From positions 10,572,485-10,636,484 of the forward strand of contig NC_134027.1 in the NCBI RefSeq assembly GCF_964204645.1: DNA of 64,000 bases. Direction: 5' to 3'. Made by a program: the position numbers and the translations under genes. This DNA is from Tubulanus polymorphus. Its lineage: Eukaryota; Animalia; Nemertea. Shown here in pieces: positions 1 through 13,022 of the stretch (positions are counted from its first letter, which is position 1; every line of letters starts with the position of its first letter). The notes under the pieces were generated by a model. It had not been told where the DNA came from. It searched no databases and saw nothing but the letters and a program-made list of their open reading frames with translations.

Positions 1-795
1 AGGCTATCTAAGAGCAAACCGACTTGAATATATAACAAAATATTTCAAGGATCTTTGCTGAAGTCCTCTACCTAATTTGAATAATATCCGAGATGGATGG
101 TGTATACTTTCTAGGGTTGGGAAATATATTCTTATATTGAACAGTTTACAGAGTTTGCCAGATCTGACTTCAGCAGAGATGTCTGTACGTATTGACCGTA
201 AAACCCAAACAGTCACACAAGATCAATCAGTCTAGCTACACTGGATAATACATACCACTTCTTAAATAATATAGAATAAAGAGATTACCAAATACTTCAA
301 AGTACAGTAAAAGCCCGGTGCAACGCCATCTTTTTGTTGGTGCTCACTTATTGCCTACGATTTTCTGAGATCGCACTCAAATTCTATGGAAATACCATTC
401 TTCATGATGCCAAATTCATTATAACGCCATATTTTTTTCACTGTCCTGACGATGGTCTGACAACAGGCTTTGACTGTATTTTCAATGCTAAGCAGCCGAG
501 ACTTATAAATAAAGCTGAAATGCAATAAAAAGCTTAAAACATCTTAGAGGCTATGAAGTTATCGATAGACTGAAAGCTTTAGTGTTCATCAAACGAAACA
601 AATCTCAGGTTAAAAAGAACTTTAATGAGAAGTTTTAATGAGAATCTACACATAGATAAAATTTCTATCCTTAGGCTAGATAAAAATGATACCTTGTTTC
701 TCCTAATCGACCAAGTCAATTTAGTAAATAAATAAACCTTGTAATCAGTTCATTTCTATAGCTGCAGGGTACCTATGTGATGGTTTGATCTTCAA

Positions 796-1070
796 ATAGG
801 GATTGACCCTGTTATGTATTTGATAAGTAGATTTTGTTTGTTTTTTTATCTAGTGTCCTTTACAAACCCATCATACCTGCCGGGGCGAAACAGAGGGGGT
901 TGTGTTACATTTTGAAAACGGAAATCGAAGTACAGATATAGTTGGGGGGTGTGATGGTTAGTTAGCCTGATCATGATTTTAAAAGAAGTAATGTACAGGG
1001 TAGATAGGCGGCCGGGCGGGTCAAGCTCAGCAGAAAGGAGAAACAAGGTATCAATTTCTTTTAGCCTTAT
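796..1070 (+). repeat. Interspersed repeat; partial copies at 45187-45335 (+) and about 47410-47552 (-)
   Basis: Shared ATAGGGATTGACCCTG...GTAGATTTTGT...GTGTCC...AAGTACAGATATAGTTG. Confidence 0.75.
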
Positions 1071-1701
1071 TCGCGTACAACTAACTCTTTTGGAAGGGTA
1101 AATGCCTCGAGAGCTGAGGAAACTGCGCAGGAAGGAATGCTACCCAAAATTGATGCGCCGGTTTAAACCAATTTATCACATGTCGTCGTCCGGTTTAGGT
1201 TTATGTCTCGTACTTTCCCTGCCGCACACATACAATACAAACAATAAAAACATAGATTCACCAAACAAATACCTATATTCATATACTATCAACAATACAC
1301 AGTTCGTACTCAATGATATAACAATATGCATATGTTTATACTTAATTTTAAATATTTACAGATTTTTGAAAGCGTTCGCATGAAGATTTTTTTCTCATTC
1401 GTTCACGAGCAGCGCATTCAACGTTGTAACGAGTCGCGACACCGTTGATCCGAAGACGATACCTCAGAACTCGGAGCGTTGAAATACAGCGCTGCTGCCG
1501 CCGTCATTCACATCAGGAATGTAATGACCGACAGGTCGGCTTCAGATATCTAACTCTCGCGAGTAACGTGTCATCGTTACTCGAAAAGGAATAATAAATA
1601 CTCTACGGGTACATTTCATTTCACAATTATTACCGCCGACGACTAGCGAGTGATCAGCGCAACGGTCGTAGCGATCGTTGAACTAAGCTACGGCTATATA
1701 C

Positions 1702-1958
1702 CAGGGCTGTACATAGCAGGGGGCAATAACCCCTCTCCCTGAAATTTTGAAAAATATTTTTGTTAATATCATTGTTATCCATTAGGAATTCAATGTAGAA
1801 TCCTTTACTTGGGACCGACAAACATTTCGTTACAGGCCTACAGTTTTGTTATGGCACGAATGAAGAATCGTTACACCAATTTTTGATTTCAGGTAACTGC
1901 CTCTTTTCAGGGTTCTCCACCCCGCCCCCGCGAAATTCAAATGCTAGGTACAGCCCTG
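1702..1958. mobile_element. MITE with CAGGG termini and 5-bp TSD
   Basis: TIR CAGGGCTGTACATAGCA / TGCTAGGTACAGCCCTG, flanked by TATAC on both sides. Confidence 0.8.
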
Positions 1959-2067
1959 TATACTAGGGCATTTTCAACCTGGGTTCAATTCATGAACAAC
2001 TTTTAATCACTGCCAAAATAAATACGATTTCTTCTTTAATTCTGTTGAGAATTCATCGATCGTTCAT

Positions 2068-2231
2068 CCCTTTTCAGTGCTGACTATTTCATACCCTCTG
2101 CAGGACATACTGCCGTATTGTGTCTGCTCCGCATTGAAGCGTATCATTCCATCGATTTCGATTGGTCTCTATGGAGATTCCGAAATTCGCTACTGGCTCT
2201 TTCGAGTATCAATTCATCAGCACCGAAAGGG
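2068..2231. mobile_element. piggyBac-like MITE copy (degenerate)
   Basis: CCCTTTTCAGTGCTGA ... TCAGCACCGAAAGGG; same family as 3679-3962. Confidence 0.6.
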
Positions 2232-2381
2232 TTTTAATTTGCTGCATTGATTATCGCCTGTTTAAACAGTACGTATCAAAATAAGTTTCGTACAATTGTC
2301 ATGTGTTCGTCGAAAAAATATTCAGACCAGATCTTAAATTTGATAATATTGCTACGATCGCCTAACCGCATTTTTTGTCTG

Positions 2382-2488
2382 GGGCCAGTTGCTCAAAAGT
2401 TGGTTACCAAGGATTGTTGACATGGTGAGACTGGAACTATGGAAATTATCCACTGGTTATCTTTCACCAACATTTGAGCAACTGGCCC
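2382..2488. mobile_element. Short Harbinger-like MITE; related copy at about 32224-32336
   Basis: TIR GGGCCAGTTGCTCAAAAGTTGGT / ACCAACATTTGAGCAACTGGCCC, flanked by CTG on both sides. Confidence 0.75.
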
Positions 2489-3413
2489 CTGCCTGCTACA
2501 GGCATACTTAAAATCTAAATATCCATTGTTATATACACTCAGATACGGATCAACTTAAACACGTAGAGGAATACGACGATAAACATTATTTCATTTCGCT
2601 TCGATTAATGATGATGGTATGGCGGCATATATGCGTAACAGTGAAATAAATAAATATCAAACATTTCGGCTTCACAATCATCATAATTCTATCATTAAAA
2701 ACATCATTGTCGATTAGTAACATTCATCAACGCAAAACGGTGATCTTATATAAAAAGTCGAGCGGAAAGAACGCTATTCTCAAACCGGAAATGAACAGCA
2801 GTTACGGAAAGGAAAAAGTTCATTTGGAAACAAACCTTCCATGATGCGTGTTCAGGAATCCACCAGTAGCCACCCAATGAGGTCTATTTACCATCGTTTG
2901 CATGTTTTTTTTACAGCTATTGGATCCATGCACGATCGCATAAGATTCACGCTTATTTCTTACCATCTACCAACAACTCAGTCCAATGAATATTATTCGC
3001 ACCGAGTCAAAACCTCTAGTTTCGCTTAAAATATGGCTGAATCACAACGATGTTAAATCTTGGACTGTATTGGCTGGACTGTACTATTTATCGTTAGCAA
3101 TTTTTTCTTTTATAAACACAACTGCTGTTCAATTCGATTTTCAAAATATCCGACTAATGCAAATATAACGCGTATATAGTGCGACAAACTCGGGTGCGTA
3201 TACAACGAATCGCATGCATTTAACCTGTATAAAAACAAACACTTATAAAACGAGAAATAAAACGATGATATTGATTCGAGACTTTTCCTCAGTAGTACCT
3301 TAAAATACCGGTATTCTCTTTCGCGCGCAAAAAAAAAACTTCAGTGACCGCTCGATCGTTTAAAACCGTAAAGGAACGGATCACTGGTTCATATCTAAAC
3401 ACGACGACCTACA

Positions 3414-3516
3414 TTAAAAATTGAAATCGGCTTCAGCCATGTCGATGGCCCAGGCGAATTTGTCCCGTTGAGTTTTGTTGTAGATTTTCTCAATCGGCAC
3501 ATCCCACTTTTTGCAC
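3414..3516 (-). CDS. TOP1: TOP1 last coding exon
   Basis: [33 protein letters not shown]. Confidence 0.96.
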
Positions 3517-6500
3517 CTGTAAATACATACCGGATTTGTTATCAGATCATGAGATTTATCATTACGTCATAGTGATGTAAAAGCATAAAAGGCATTAAAA
3601 TTACTCACTCTACCATATACTACCATATGCATATACTAGAATCATATGCCAATTTAATTTGTTTTCTTATGCTTTTAACCCTTGCAGTGCTGGCTAATTA
3701 ATACCCTATAGTGCTGAAGATAATTTGAAAATTCTGAAAAATTCCACCCTCGTGAGTTGAATAACGGGAATACCACTATAGTGCGTCTACACCCTGATGC
3801 GGTATATCGTTAGTTACTAATATTTCACTATGTTTGACAGGTGCTGCCATCTTTCAATAGAGATAATTAGTAGTAATTAAATCAATACACCGCAGTGCGC
3901 TGTACTACCAAAATCTTTCACTGATTCATACACCGCACTGCGGTGTAGACGCACTGAAAGGGTTAAGGGGAACTGCACAGTGCTTACGGTAACTAAAATT
4001 CATAATTCATGCATACTCGTGTTGCTGTTCAACATAACGCTGGTTAAAATTTCCATTTTTCTCCTCATCAACTCATACACAACAATTCTTATACAGCTAC
4101 GAGTAAAATTTACCATAGATGGGAGCCGCCATATTGCAAACTTCAAAGCAGCAGCTTCGCGCAAACAGTGATGAGCTGCGCGCCGAGACAAATAAACACA
4201 CTAAACATCCCAGCTGGGCTGCCAGTGTGGTCCCCGCTTTTATCGTCCTCCCTCTGTGAGAAGAATATGCAAATACTTGACAACGCTACCCAAAAAAATA
4301 ATTTCACTGCAGCAGGTCCCCTTTGAATGACTCATTCTCCGAAGCCTCAGTCAGATCTTCAGATCAAAACATTTTGGACAAAATTTTCACTCACCATCCA
4401 ACGGATATTCTAGGATCGAGATAGTTCAATTTGGACGTGCCCAACGCAATCTCTTTATTCTCGTCTTTGTCCGTAGCTTGTACCTCCAGTTTAGTCAGCT
4501 GTTCTTCCAATCTTTCCAGTTGCTTCTTCTTTCGTTCATAATTTCTAATGAGGATTGCGAAAAAGAATGATCTTAAGCCTAAGAATTTATAGATTTTTCG
4601 TGTACCCAGGTGTATCAAAAAATGTTGACCTCAATTTTTCAGGATTGTATCTCGGAACACATTTTTAAAACGACAAGGAATCGGAAGGACATCATCAATG
4701 TGTTAGTCGATTCAGCCATTTCCTTGATAGATGGCCTAAGAAAGTGGCTTCATGTTTTCATTTTGAAGACCATGGAACTGTTTTATCTTCTTAAACAACT
4801 TATCAAAGACCCTTAGTTCTTAAAACATGGTTAAAACATGGTTAAAACATAACAGGTGCTTAGGACAATGACTACGATGGACTTGATGTCTATTTGAGCT
4901 TTTTATGCATTATCGATCTTACGTTTTATTCTTGTCTGTTTTTGATGCTTTGTATTCGGATTTCGCTACTTTTAGATTTTTCTTTGCTTCTTTGATCGCG
5001 TCGTTCTTAGCATCGATCTACACACACAAACAAGATTTATACGCATGAAATTACCTCGACACACAACGGCTGATCTGCCGAGTAAAACAATACACGACTC
5101 GTACTCACTTTATCCTGTAAATTTTGCATTTGCTTGTCAAAATTTTTCGGGGCGGCACGTTGATGGTTACAGAGAATTGCGACAGCGCGGTTGGCTCGAT
5201 TGTAAGATAACAGTTTAGCCGGTATCGTGTCTTCCTCTGAAAGAAGTAAGTTTTTCAATATACAGTTACGACACAAAATATTGCAAGTATCACATGTGAA
5301 GGTTTGAACCCATGATCTGGCAATGCGATCAAATTGCCTAACTGCTCGCCTTTTCTGCAAATAATCTTTGATCTATAATGGGTGGTCTTCAGAATGGATA
5401 TGGTAAATACATTTTCACATTTATCTGAATTAGTGTAAAAACTATTATTTGCATACACATAGGCCTGCAGTGGTGATAGAAAGCGATAATGTCAAGCTAT
5501 TGTATCTCATATTTTACCTTGTGTAAGGAGATCGAGTTGTTCTTGTAATGTTTTGGAGGCATTGAACGTTCGGAACACTTTCGCCGACAACCCTTCCATC
5601 AACGTGTTCAGATGCTTATTGAGAATACCAGTCTGAAAATGTGTGCGTAAAAAATGACGTGAATAACTACTAGGAGGCAATGATGTCTACGAAGGTTGAA
5701 AACGAAATATCAGTCGTAGAAAATACTAATCACTTATTTAGAATACGCAGTACACAAGGAACAAAGTTACCATGAAATTCTCATAGTCAACCTCCAAAAC
5801 AAGGCTACATATTAAACTAGATGGCCCCGTCCGCTGGCTTCTAGTTTGGCTCAATCCTTATCAGATTCATGCATGAAAACAAGCAATAATTTTGCAGACA
5901 TCTGAGCCTTTCTTGTAACTTTTACAACTTTCCAATACATATTAGTTTGACTAAAAAATAGCTTGACGAACAGATGACCTATCAACACACTGTCTGTTGT
6001 GAATTTGAGCCACTTATTTGGATCAATCCATACCAGTTACATGCGTGAAAACAAAAACATGGCTTCACGCAATCATTTTGAAAGACGATGGACCCTTTTT
6101 TGTAACCTATTAACAACTTTCCAAGATATTAATTTGACCAAAACATAGCTAAATACACCACCTCCGATGATAATATAATCCTAAAGATGATGGCATTAGT
6201 CAATAGTATGAAGTCCATCGAAATCAACTTACATTAAGCCGATCGAACAAATCGTCGCCCGGCGCTTTTCCATTCATGAACAGCTCCAGATTTTTATAAA
6301 CGCGTTTCTCGACGGGAACACTGTTCGTGTAGCGTATCGAATCTTTACCGAGGAAATCGAACTCCACGACGCTTTCCTTGCCGTTTTTCTCCGGATACAA
6401 CGTCAGATGTTCGACGCGCAGCGAACAACAGCCGACCGTGTCTGCCGACTCGCCTTCGTCTTTCTCGTTACCGGCTCTCAACGCTAACTACACGAAACAC

Positions 6501-9500
6501 AAACAGAAAACACTTTGTCATCGACTGTGATATACGGATACATCACATTCAAGACCTATCAATCCGTGGAGGGAGCTTGAAAGGCATTTCGAAAACATTA
6601 ACATTAATAAGCTTATAATCAAACTCGTTTTAGTTTTCTATGTTCTCTTTTTACGTATGATGTTAAGCCAATGAGCATATTTTATATGGATCTTCGCCTG
6701 AATTAATCATTATTATTATCATTATTAACTCTTTCAGTGAGATGTATTAATCGTTAAATGGCTAGTGCACCGCAATGTTTTCAGTGAACGGTTTTTATCA
6801 CTATCGAAAAATGGCAGTAACTGTCAAACATGGTGAAATACTAGCAACTTAAGATACACCGTGCCGCAGTGTAGACGCATTATTGAATGCAATGGGATGG
6901 AATTTTTGGAAATTTTCGAGTTACCTCTCGCATTTAAAGGTCATTTAGTCAGCACTGAAAGGGTTTAGCTGGTTACAGGCACTATTCCTGGAAGGGGTTA
7001 AGGGCCACGAAGAATATTGCTTTACCAGGCGCGGATCAAATGAGGTGATTTGGTTGCTAGAGCAGCCCATTAAGAAAATTTCCTTTGTATTATTTTTCAT
7101 TTTTTAGTTTTTCCACATTAAATTTCAAAGTACACGGATGATACATTCTTAGGCGATCGAGCAACGTTTATAAATGCTCAGAAGGCATGAAAAGAGATAA
7201 TTTATCAAAAAAATTTTTCGAGGATGACCGGCAGAGAACCCCCGCCCCCTTTGAAAATCGCGGATCCACACCTATTCACACCACAAGCAGCAGAACTACA
7301 TTGCATAGATCTTATTTATAATGCGAAAGTACAGTCATAATATAAGCATTGGAAGGACGTTATACTACTTTCTACCCTACCTTATCGATGAAATATAAAG
7401 CTACGGCTCGCTGGCGAATTCTCATTTCCTTCGATTTCCAATCCTCGCGATATTGAGCGCGTATACGATCGACGTGCTTGTGAAGTTTTCGCGCCGTTTC
7501 GTATTTCTGCCAATCTTTCTCGCCTTTCAACTTCGAACTCGCGTTCAACATGACGTACTTCGTTTGACCTTGAATGTTTTCATTCCAACACGCTAGCCAC
7601 GTGACCTGTCGAGAAATTTTCAAAGAGAAAACAATCTAAAGTCTTCGTCGAGGCATCAGATTCGATCAGAGGTAATGAAATCGTGCAGATCTAGACCGGC
7701 GCCCGCCTCAGACATTTGAAATTTCATCGCTATTCTTCCAATATTCGATCGTACAGGCTTCAATGTTCAGAACCTTGCCGAGCAATGCTTGAGACACTTT
7801 AATTCACAAAAGAAAAAGAAAGTCTACAATTTAGAATGTCTGAAGGGGTGAGGTTCTAGACAGAAAAGGGTGCAAGTAAAATCAAGCCTGTTATTCATGC
7901 AGAAACCATTTAGAAGGTTAAAACCCAATATATACAGATTAGAAAGTTTCGAAAATCAAAATGACACAACGTTTTGAACCTACGACTAGGAGATTATCAT
8001 CAAGTGGGTGATGATCTCTAGTGTGGTGAAATGTTGCATCATTTCAATCTTTTATTTGAATATATTCTTGATTTTAAAACTTTCAAATCTGTGCATAGTG
8101 GTTTTTTTAAATCTTATTATCTGTTCTACAAGTTCGAGTGTGGTTATTCTACTAGAAATTGAATAGAATCTGTAAATGAAATTGAAGCTCACCGCATTAT
8201 CATGTCGGACCTCTTTCCACCGATGACCTTTCGGGGGATCAGGTACTTTGGCGTCCCTATAACACACAATGGTAAAACGATAATTCATCTTCTAACTTAA
8301 TCCTTGATTAAAGGATTATCTAATAATTGCAATAATGAATCCTATATAACATATAAATAATTGCTGCTGTTGATATCATTATCCTTAACCTATCTCTAAA
8401 TGTCAATGGGAAGATCTAATTATTATTTCAAAATAGCTATTTTAAAAGGTCAGCAGTATTCATCAAAAAGATTAAGAGATAGTCAGTGTATTACAGTATC
8501 TGATAATATGGCGCGGACACGTTTTACTCACTTGCTACAATTGATTATTACATCTTCGGGTTGGACTCGTCTTTTCAGCATGCCCTGTTTCGGGTGGTCG
8601 CCACGTCCTCTGAACAATCCCGGAGGTTCGATTCGGAAGTTACCGATTTTTTCCGTATGACCGTCCATTTTACAGAAGCCGTATTTTTTCACCATGGCAG
8701 CGTTTTCCTCTTTCAATGCCTATACATATTCGAAACAAAGCTTCCGTCATGAATATTTCTCAGCTGATGCTAAACACTAGGTGTAACACCTAGTACTACC
8801 CTTTGATATCTCATCAAATGCTGTCATTTGTTTGACATTCTCTATTGGATAGATGCATAATTAGAAGCCAAAGCACAGCTTAGAAGGTACATGCCAACAA
8901 AAGTATACATTCTGTGATTTCTTTAGTAATCAATGACCCGAGATAATCACCTGCGATCTGACTGATCGAAATAAGTATTTCTAATTAGCCCTAAATTATT
9001 AATTTATTCATGCTTCACTTTGTTTACGTAGTTCACACACGACCCACAGTTGTATGTGAACCACACATTTAGTGCACCTCCTAACATCAAAAACAAAGTG
9101 AGCACGTGCTGAAATCGTCGAAAGTTGTATTTTTCTGTAATGGCTAAAATAGAATTCGAACCAGTAACATATCTAATATTTGTGAATACCGGTATATCAT
9201 AGTTGAAAATAACTTTTACACGATATTCTATTTATATAGCATATGCCCTTCAAGGCGATGCAAACATCTGAACCGACGAAGCTGCAACGTTCTTATTACA
9301 CAACTGATTTTAACCACCTATCTCTATGAGGTAGGCCTAGCCTTTACAAACTGACCAAATTATGAATTACAGAACATATCTTTCGTTTCAGTTTAAATAT
9401 AGCCGAATCACATCAGACGCCTCAGTCAGGTTCTGAACCTGACTGAATTTTAGGAATTTTAGGGCCGTTTGTATGCCTGGGTTCATCTTCGACCAAAATG

Positions 9501-12500
9501 TTGATCAACTTACGAGTTTTTGCTCTTTCGACTTGTTCTTCCTCTGCTCGGAGAGTTTTTTGAAGTGATCGTTGATTTCGTTGAAGTTGCACTTTTTCAA
9601 GTCAGTGATTATCTGTTTTTCTTCCTCAGTCATAACCTACAGATATTCAGAGATATCAATCGCTATTCCACGAAAGGATTCAACAAATTCTACCAGCCGC
9701 TCTACGCTTAAGCTTACACTCTATTTGCACTACTGGACATGCTACAAAAAGACATGTTTCCGGACCCGACTACTTTGGTATCTACTGTTATAGTAATTTT
9801 CACAATTTGACATCTAAAAATAATACTTAATTGAAAATGAACTAGGAATTATACTGATTTTGAGAGTATTTTGATAATTTTGATAGTAATTGATCTCACT
9901 CTCACAGGGCTGCCAACCTCTGGAAAAGTGCTATCAGTAACAAATTGAATTTTTTCAGTAACATTTCATTGAAATATGAAAGAAAATGTTCAAATCAATC
10001 AGTAATCAACAGTAAGATCCTCAGTAACATCTTTCATATTTCTGTATGCCGATCGAACGAATCAAATCAGCATTTCTCGTCACAAAATACTATATTAACA
10101 AATACTGAAAATCAGCAACAGTTGTCATCTTTGCTCAAAAATAGCGGTGGTAGTCAGGTCTGCATTACGATTAATTATACCTTTCTCCAATCTTTCATGA
10201 AGTTCTTATTGAATACATCTTTAGTCGTGTAATCGTGGTCGATCATCCGGCCGTAGAAAGTGGCCACTTCTTCGGTTTCCGGTTGCAGCCTCATCTTCTT
10301 CCCTAGAATTTGAAAGTGTGACCTTGCATGCACTATGAGCATTAGCCTCGGAGTACAAAACTTAAATAACACATAGCATATCGAGTTGCAAAAATATAAT
10401 TCGACAGAGAATCGAATGGGTCGATTAATTTAAGTAATCTTTATATATAAATGAGTGTTCAACCAGAATTTGAGGACTTTTCGAGGAGTACTCAAGAACG
10501 AAACATCAAAACTTGATGAAGTTTAAAAAGCGTATGGGTACTTAGTAACTGGAAGCAATAGTCACAGACCAAAATACACTGACTTATGAAAATGTCTTAA
10601 AAGTTCTACAACAATTTAGGTCAAATTCCATGTAGTATGAACCCTGTCAATTAATATGGACCCAATTCCACAGCGAGAATTGACTCCACAAAGTTTCTAA
10701 CTAGTAGGCCATTGAGTTAGGTAATTCAATGGTTGATTCAGATTCAACCAAGAGGACTGATAGAACATACAGTGTAACTCTTTTTCTATCGCGCAGTTTT
10801 AGTATGACAGGGTTTCGTACCATTGTAGAAGAAATGAACGTCTTTCGGTAACGGTTCGTAAAGCGGCGCAAATACCGGTCCCTGGTGTTCGAGAAACTTC
10901 CATTTCGTGCCATCATTCTTTTTACTACGATCTTCTTCCCACCTGATTTCGGAAGAAAAGAAAAAGTAAAATCCAATTTTTCAACTAATCTACTTACGAA
11001 AGATTCAATAGCAAATATAGCCATTACACTTTTACGAAAAAGAAGCCTAAGCGAATGCAACAAAGGAACTACAAAAATAATTTTACCATTTCCATTTTTC
11101 TGGTTCCTCTTCTTTCGCTTTTTTCTTGCCCCCTTTCGCCGGTGTCTCTTCGGTGTCAGTCTTTGCCCGTTTCTAAACAAATCGGAAAATGGCTAACTAA
11201 TGACCGTTAAATTGCAAAAAATGCCATGAATTTGAAAAGTGAAATTACCCTCGGCTTTTCGTCTTGTATACCGGAATCAGATTTTCGTTTTTTCGCGTCC
11301 TTTGATGATGACTTTGGTTTTTTAGCCCTATCAAAACATAACATATCAAATAAGCCACACATTAGAAATATAACAGAACATAATAAAACAGAAATGAGCA
11401 TCTTTATGAATAGCATTTTAGATTGATGTTTAATAAGCCCACCTACTACGAGGGGCTAATCAGCAACATTAGATCAGACGCAAACCACTCACTCGATACT
11501 AAACAATGCTCAAACGAATTAAATAAGTCATTTCCGCAAGCATTAGCAATTCACTACACACAATAATTTGACCTGCGCTAAAATTAGGGTCAGGCAAAAT
11601 TTGGCACCCATGTGAACAGTTATGCCGGGCCAAAAACGTTCGTGTGATGGCGACTATAAATGGACTTTGTCTTCAATGACTCTCGACGGAACAACAGGTT
11701 GTACCATTTTTGAACGACAGATGCTATATGCCGTGATATAAATCTAAAAGTTAGACATACCGAGCACTTAACGGCATATCATCATCCGAGGCTTCTTCGT
11801 ATTTCGGTCTCTTCCTCGGCTCTGATTTGGCGAGGCGTTGCCCCTACAAAAGAACATCCACAATTTAAAACAGACAGCTCAAAAGTATAAAATCTGAAAA
11901 AAATCTTCGAAATAACTTCAGCTTATGGGTATATGAAAATGACGTTCAAACTCAATAAATTTTTACAAAGTGGCAGATTGAGTCTTTAACTAGAGGTTCA
12001 TTTGAAAAAGAGGAATGTAGTCCAAAATTGAGCTAAATATTGCAGACAATAAGCAGTATTGCACCAATTAAGGAATAAACTATAAATCTCCATTGATAGC
12101 AGCAAAAGACTCAGGGGTCCCACATGACCACAATTTTCAAATTTGAGGGGCCTTTGAGGATATGACCATATCGAAATGCGAGGGTCTCTCAAGATCAATT
12201 TCAAGAGTAACTTTTTCAAGGCTGCTGGTTAAATTAAAAGGTGGATATACGTAGGATGTAGGTCGTTTGAAAATGTAGGTACAATTTTTTGGGGGGGAAA
12301 ATCTAGGGTAAAATGGGCCTTTCTAGCCTTTTTCGGGCGTAAGCGTTTTCTAATCGTCGACCTAACAAGATAATTACCAGAGGCAAATCGTCTTCGCTAT
12401 CGTTGTCGTCGGCTTCGCGTTTGATCGGCGTCATTTTGACGGGCGACACCGACTCGCGTTTGACGACAGGTTTCTCTCTCTTCACGACGAAATCGCCGTC

Positions 12501-13022
12501 GGCGACGACGCGGCCACCGCCGACGTTGTTCTCGGAGATTGTCTCGCTGATCACCGTCGTCGGCTCCTTCTTCACCTTCACCGCGCCGCTGGAATGTTCC
12601 GACCTATCGCGATGCTTGTCCTTATCACTCTTATGCTTATCACCTGAACTGCTACTCGACTTGGAATGCGAATCTTTCGAACGGTTTTCCGATTTTGACG
12701 ATGAGGACGAATGCTTCGACTTGTCGCCGCTGCCGGAACTTTTTGAACTCGACGAATGCTCTTTCGATTTTGACGAAGAAGAAGGACTTCGTTGTTTGTC
12801 TTTCGACGACGACGACGACTTGTGCTTACTACTCGAACTGCCGCCACTGTGCTGTTTGTTACCGCCGCTGCTGCTGCTGCTGTTGTGTTTGTGGCTACTG
12901 CTACTGCCGCTTTTGTGATGAGATCCGTCTTTACGGGATTTTCCGTCCCCGCTGCTGTTACCGTTGACTAATTGGTGATTGTCGTCGACGTGGTTCGTCA
13001 AGATTTTCGTTTCGCCCTCCAT
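3414..13022 (-). CDS. TOP1: DNA topoisomerase I (type IB), complete spliced CDS of the nuclear form, 16 coding exons, 860 aa
   Basis: Exons join in phase through GT-AG introns: 13022-12378, 11843-11761, 11327-11249, 11172-11087, 10942-10821, 10302-10181, 9636-9514, 8719-8532, 8256-8193, 7605-7381, 6487-6233, 5632-5518, 5236-5109, 5017-4923, 4544-4395, 3516-3414 (sum 2583 nt). Hallmark motifs: [56 protein letters not shown], catalytic SKLNYLDPR. Confidence 0.97.
3679..3962. mobile_element. piggyBac-like MITE in last TOP1 intron
   Basis: TTAA|CCCTTGCAGTGC ... GCACTGAAAGGG|TTAA. Confidence 0.85.
4395..4544 (-). CDS. TOP1: TOP1 exon with catalytic Tyr
   Basis: [50 protein letters not shown]. 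Confidence 0.97.
4923..5017 (-). CDS. TOP1: TOP1 linker exon
   Basis: [31 protein letters not shown]; phase 0 to 2. Confidence 0.92.
5109..5236 (-). CDS. TOP1: TOP1 exon with catalytic His
   Basis: [42 protein letters not shown]. Confidence 0.96.
5518..5632 (-). CDS. TOP1: TOP1 catalytic core exon
   Basis: [38 protein letters not shown]. Confidence 0.95.
5845..6150. repeat. Diverged tandem duplication (about 170-bp period) in a TOP1 intron
   Basis: CATGCRTGAAAACAA...TTGTAAC...ACAACTTTCCAA...TTTGAC..AAA.ATAGCT occurs twice. Confidence 0.65.
6233..6487 (-). CDS. TOP1: TOP1 catalytic core exon
   Basis: [10 protein letters not shown]...[12 protein letters not shown]...[11 protein letters not shown]...DLFDRLN. 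Confidence 0.97.
6729..6963. mobile_element. piggyBac-like MITE copy, opposite orientation
   Basis: TTAA|CTCTTTCAGTG ... CAGCACTGAAAGGG; shares internal GTGTAGACGCA with the 3679 copy. Confidence 0.7.
7026..7274. mobile_element. CAGG(G/C)GCGGATC-type MITE; relatives at about 36266-36556 and 39879-40144
   Basis: Imperfect TIR CAGGCGCGGATC / GATCCACACCT; shared GGATCC ends and G/C runs. Confidence 0.6.
7381..7605 (-). CDS. TOP1: TOP1 core exon
   Basis: [21 protein letters not shown]...[12 protein letters not shown]. Confidence 0.97.
8193..8256 (-). CDS. TOP1: TOP1 core exon
   Basis: [21 protein letters not shown]; phase 2 to 0. Confidence 0.95.
8532..8719 (-). CDS. TOP1: TOP1 core exon
   Basis: ALKEEN...[51 protein letters not shown]. 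Confidence 0.97.
9514..9636 (-). CDS. TOP1: TOP1 core exon
   Basis: [41 protein letters not shown]. Confidence 0.95.
9906..10132. mobile_element. hAT-like MITE family; copies at 33446-33644 and 42878-43076 in opposite orientation
   Basis: Termini CAGRGCTGCCAAC / GTTGGCAGCCCTG; clear internal similarity among three copies (e.g. CCTGATTTTCAG, GATCTCACTGTTGATT). Confidence 0.8.
10181..10302 (-). CDS. TOP1: TOP1 core exon
   Basis: [41 protein letters not shown]. Confidence 0.95.
10821..10942 (-). CDS. TOP1: TOP1 exon, start of core domain
   Basis: [40 protein letters not shown]. Confidence 0.95.
11087..11172 (-). CDS. TOP1: TOP1 exon ending in KWKW
   Basis: [29 protein letters not shown]; phase 0 to 2. 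Confidence 0.92.
11249..11327 (-). CDS. TOP1: TOP1 exon, basic NLS-like region
   Basis: [26 protein letters not shown]; phase 2 to 0. Confidence 0.85.
11761..11843 (-). CDS. TOP1: TOP1 exon, N-terminal charged region
   Basis: [28 protein letters not shown]; tag| ... |gtatgt; phase 0 to 2. Confidence 0.85.

Noticed and set aside
10701-11196. 159-aa and 103-aa ORFs
   Set aside because: Off-frame or antisense read-through of TOP1 exons and a short intron.
12403-12967. Plus-strand and alternate-frame ORFs of 89-171 aa
   Set aside because: Shadows of the low-complexity, stop-poor TOP1 exon.
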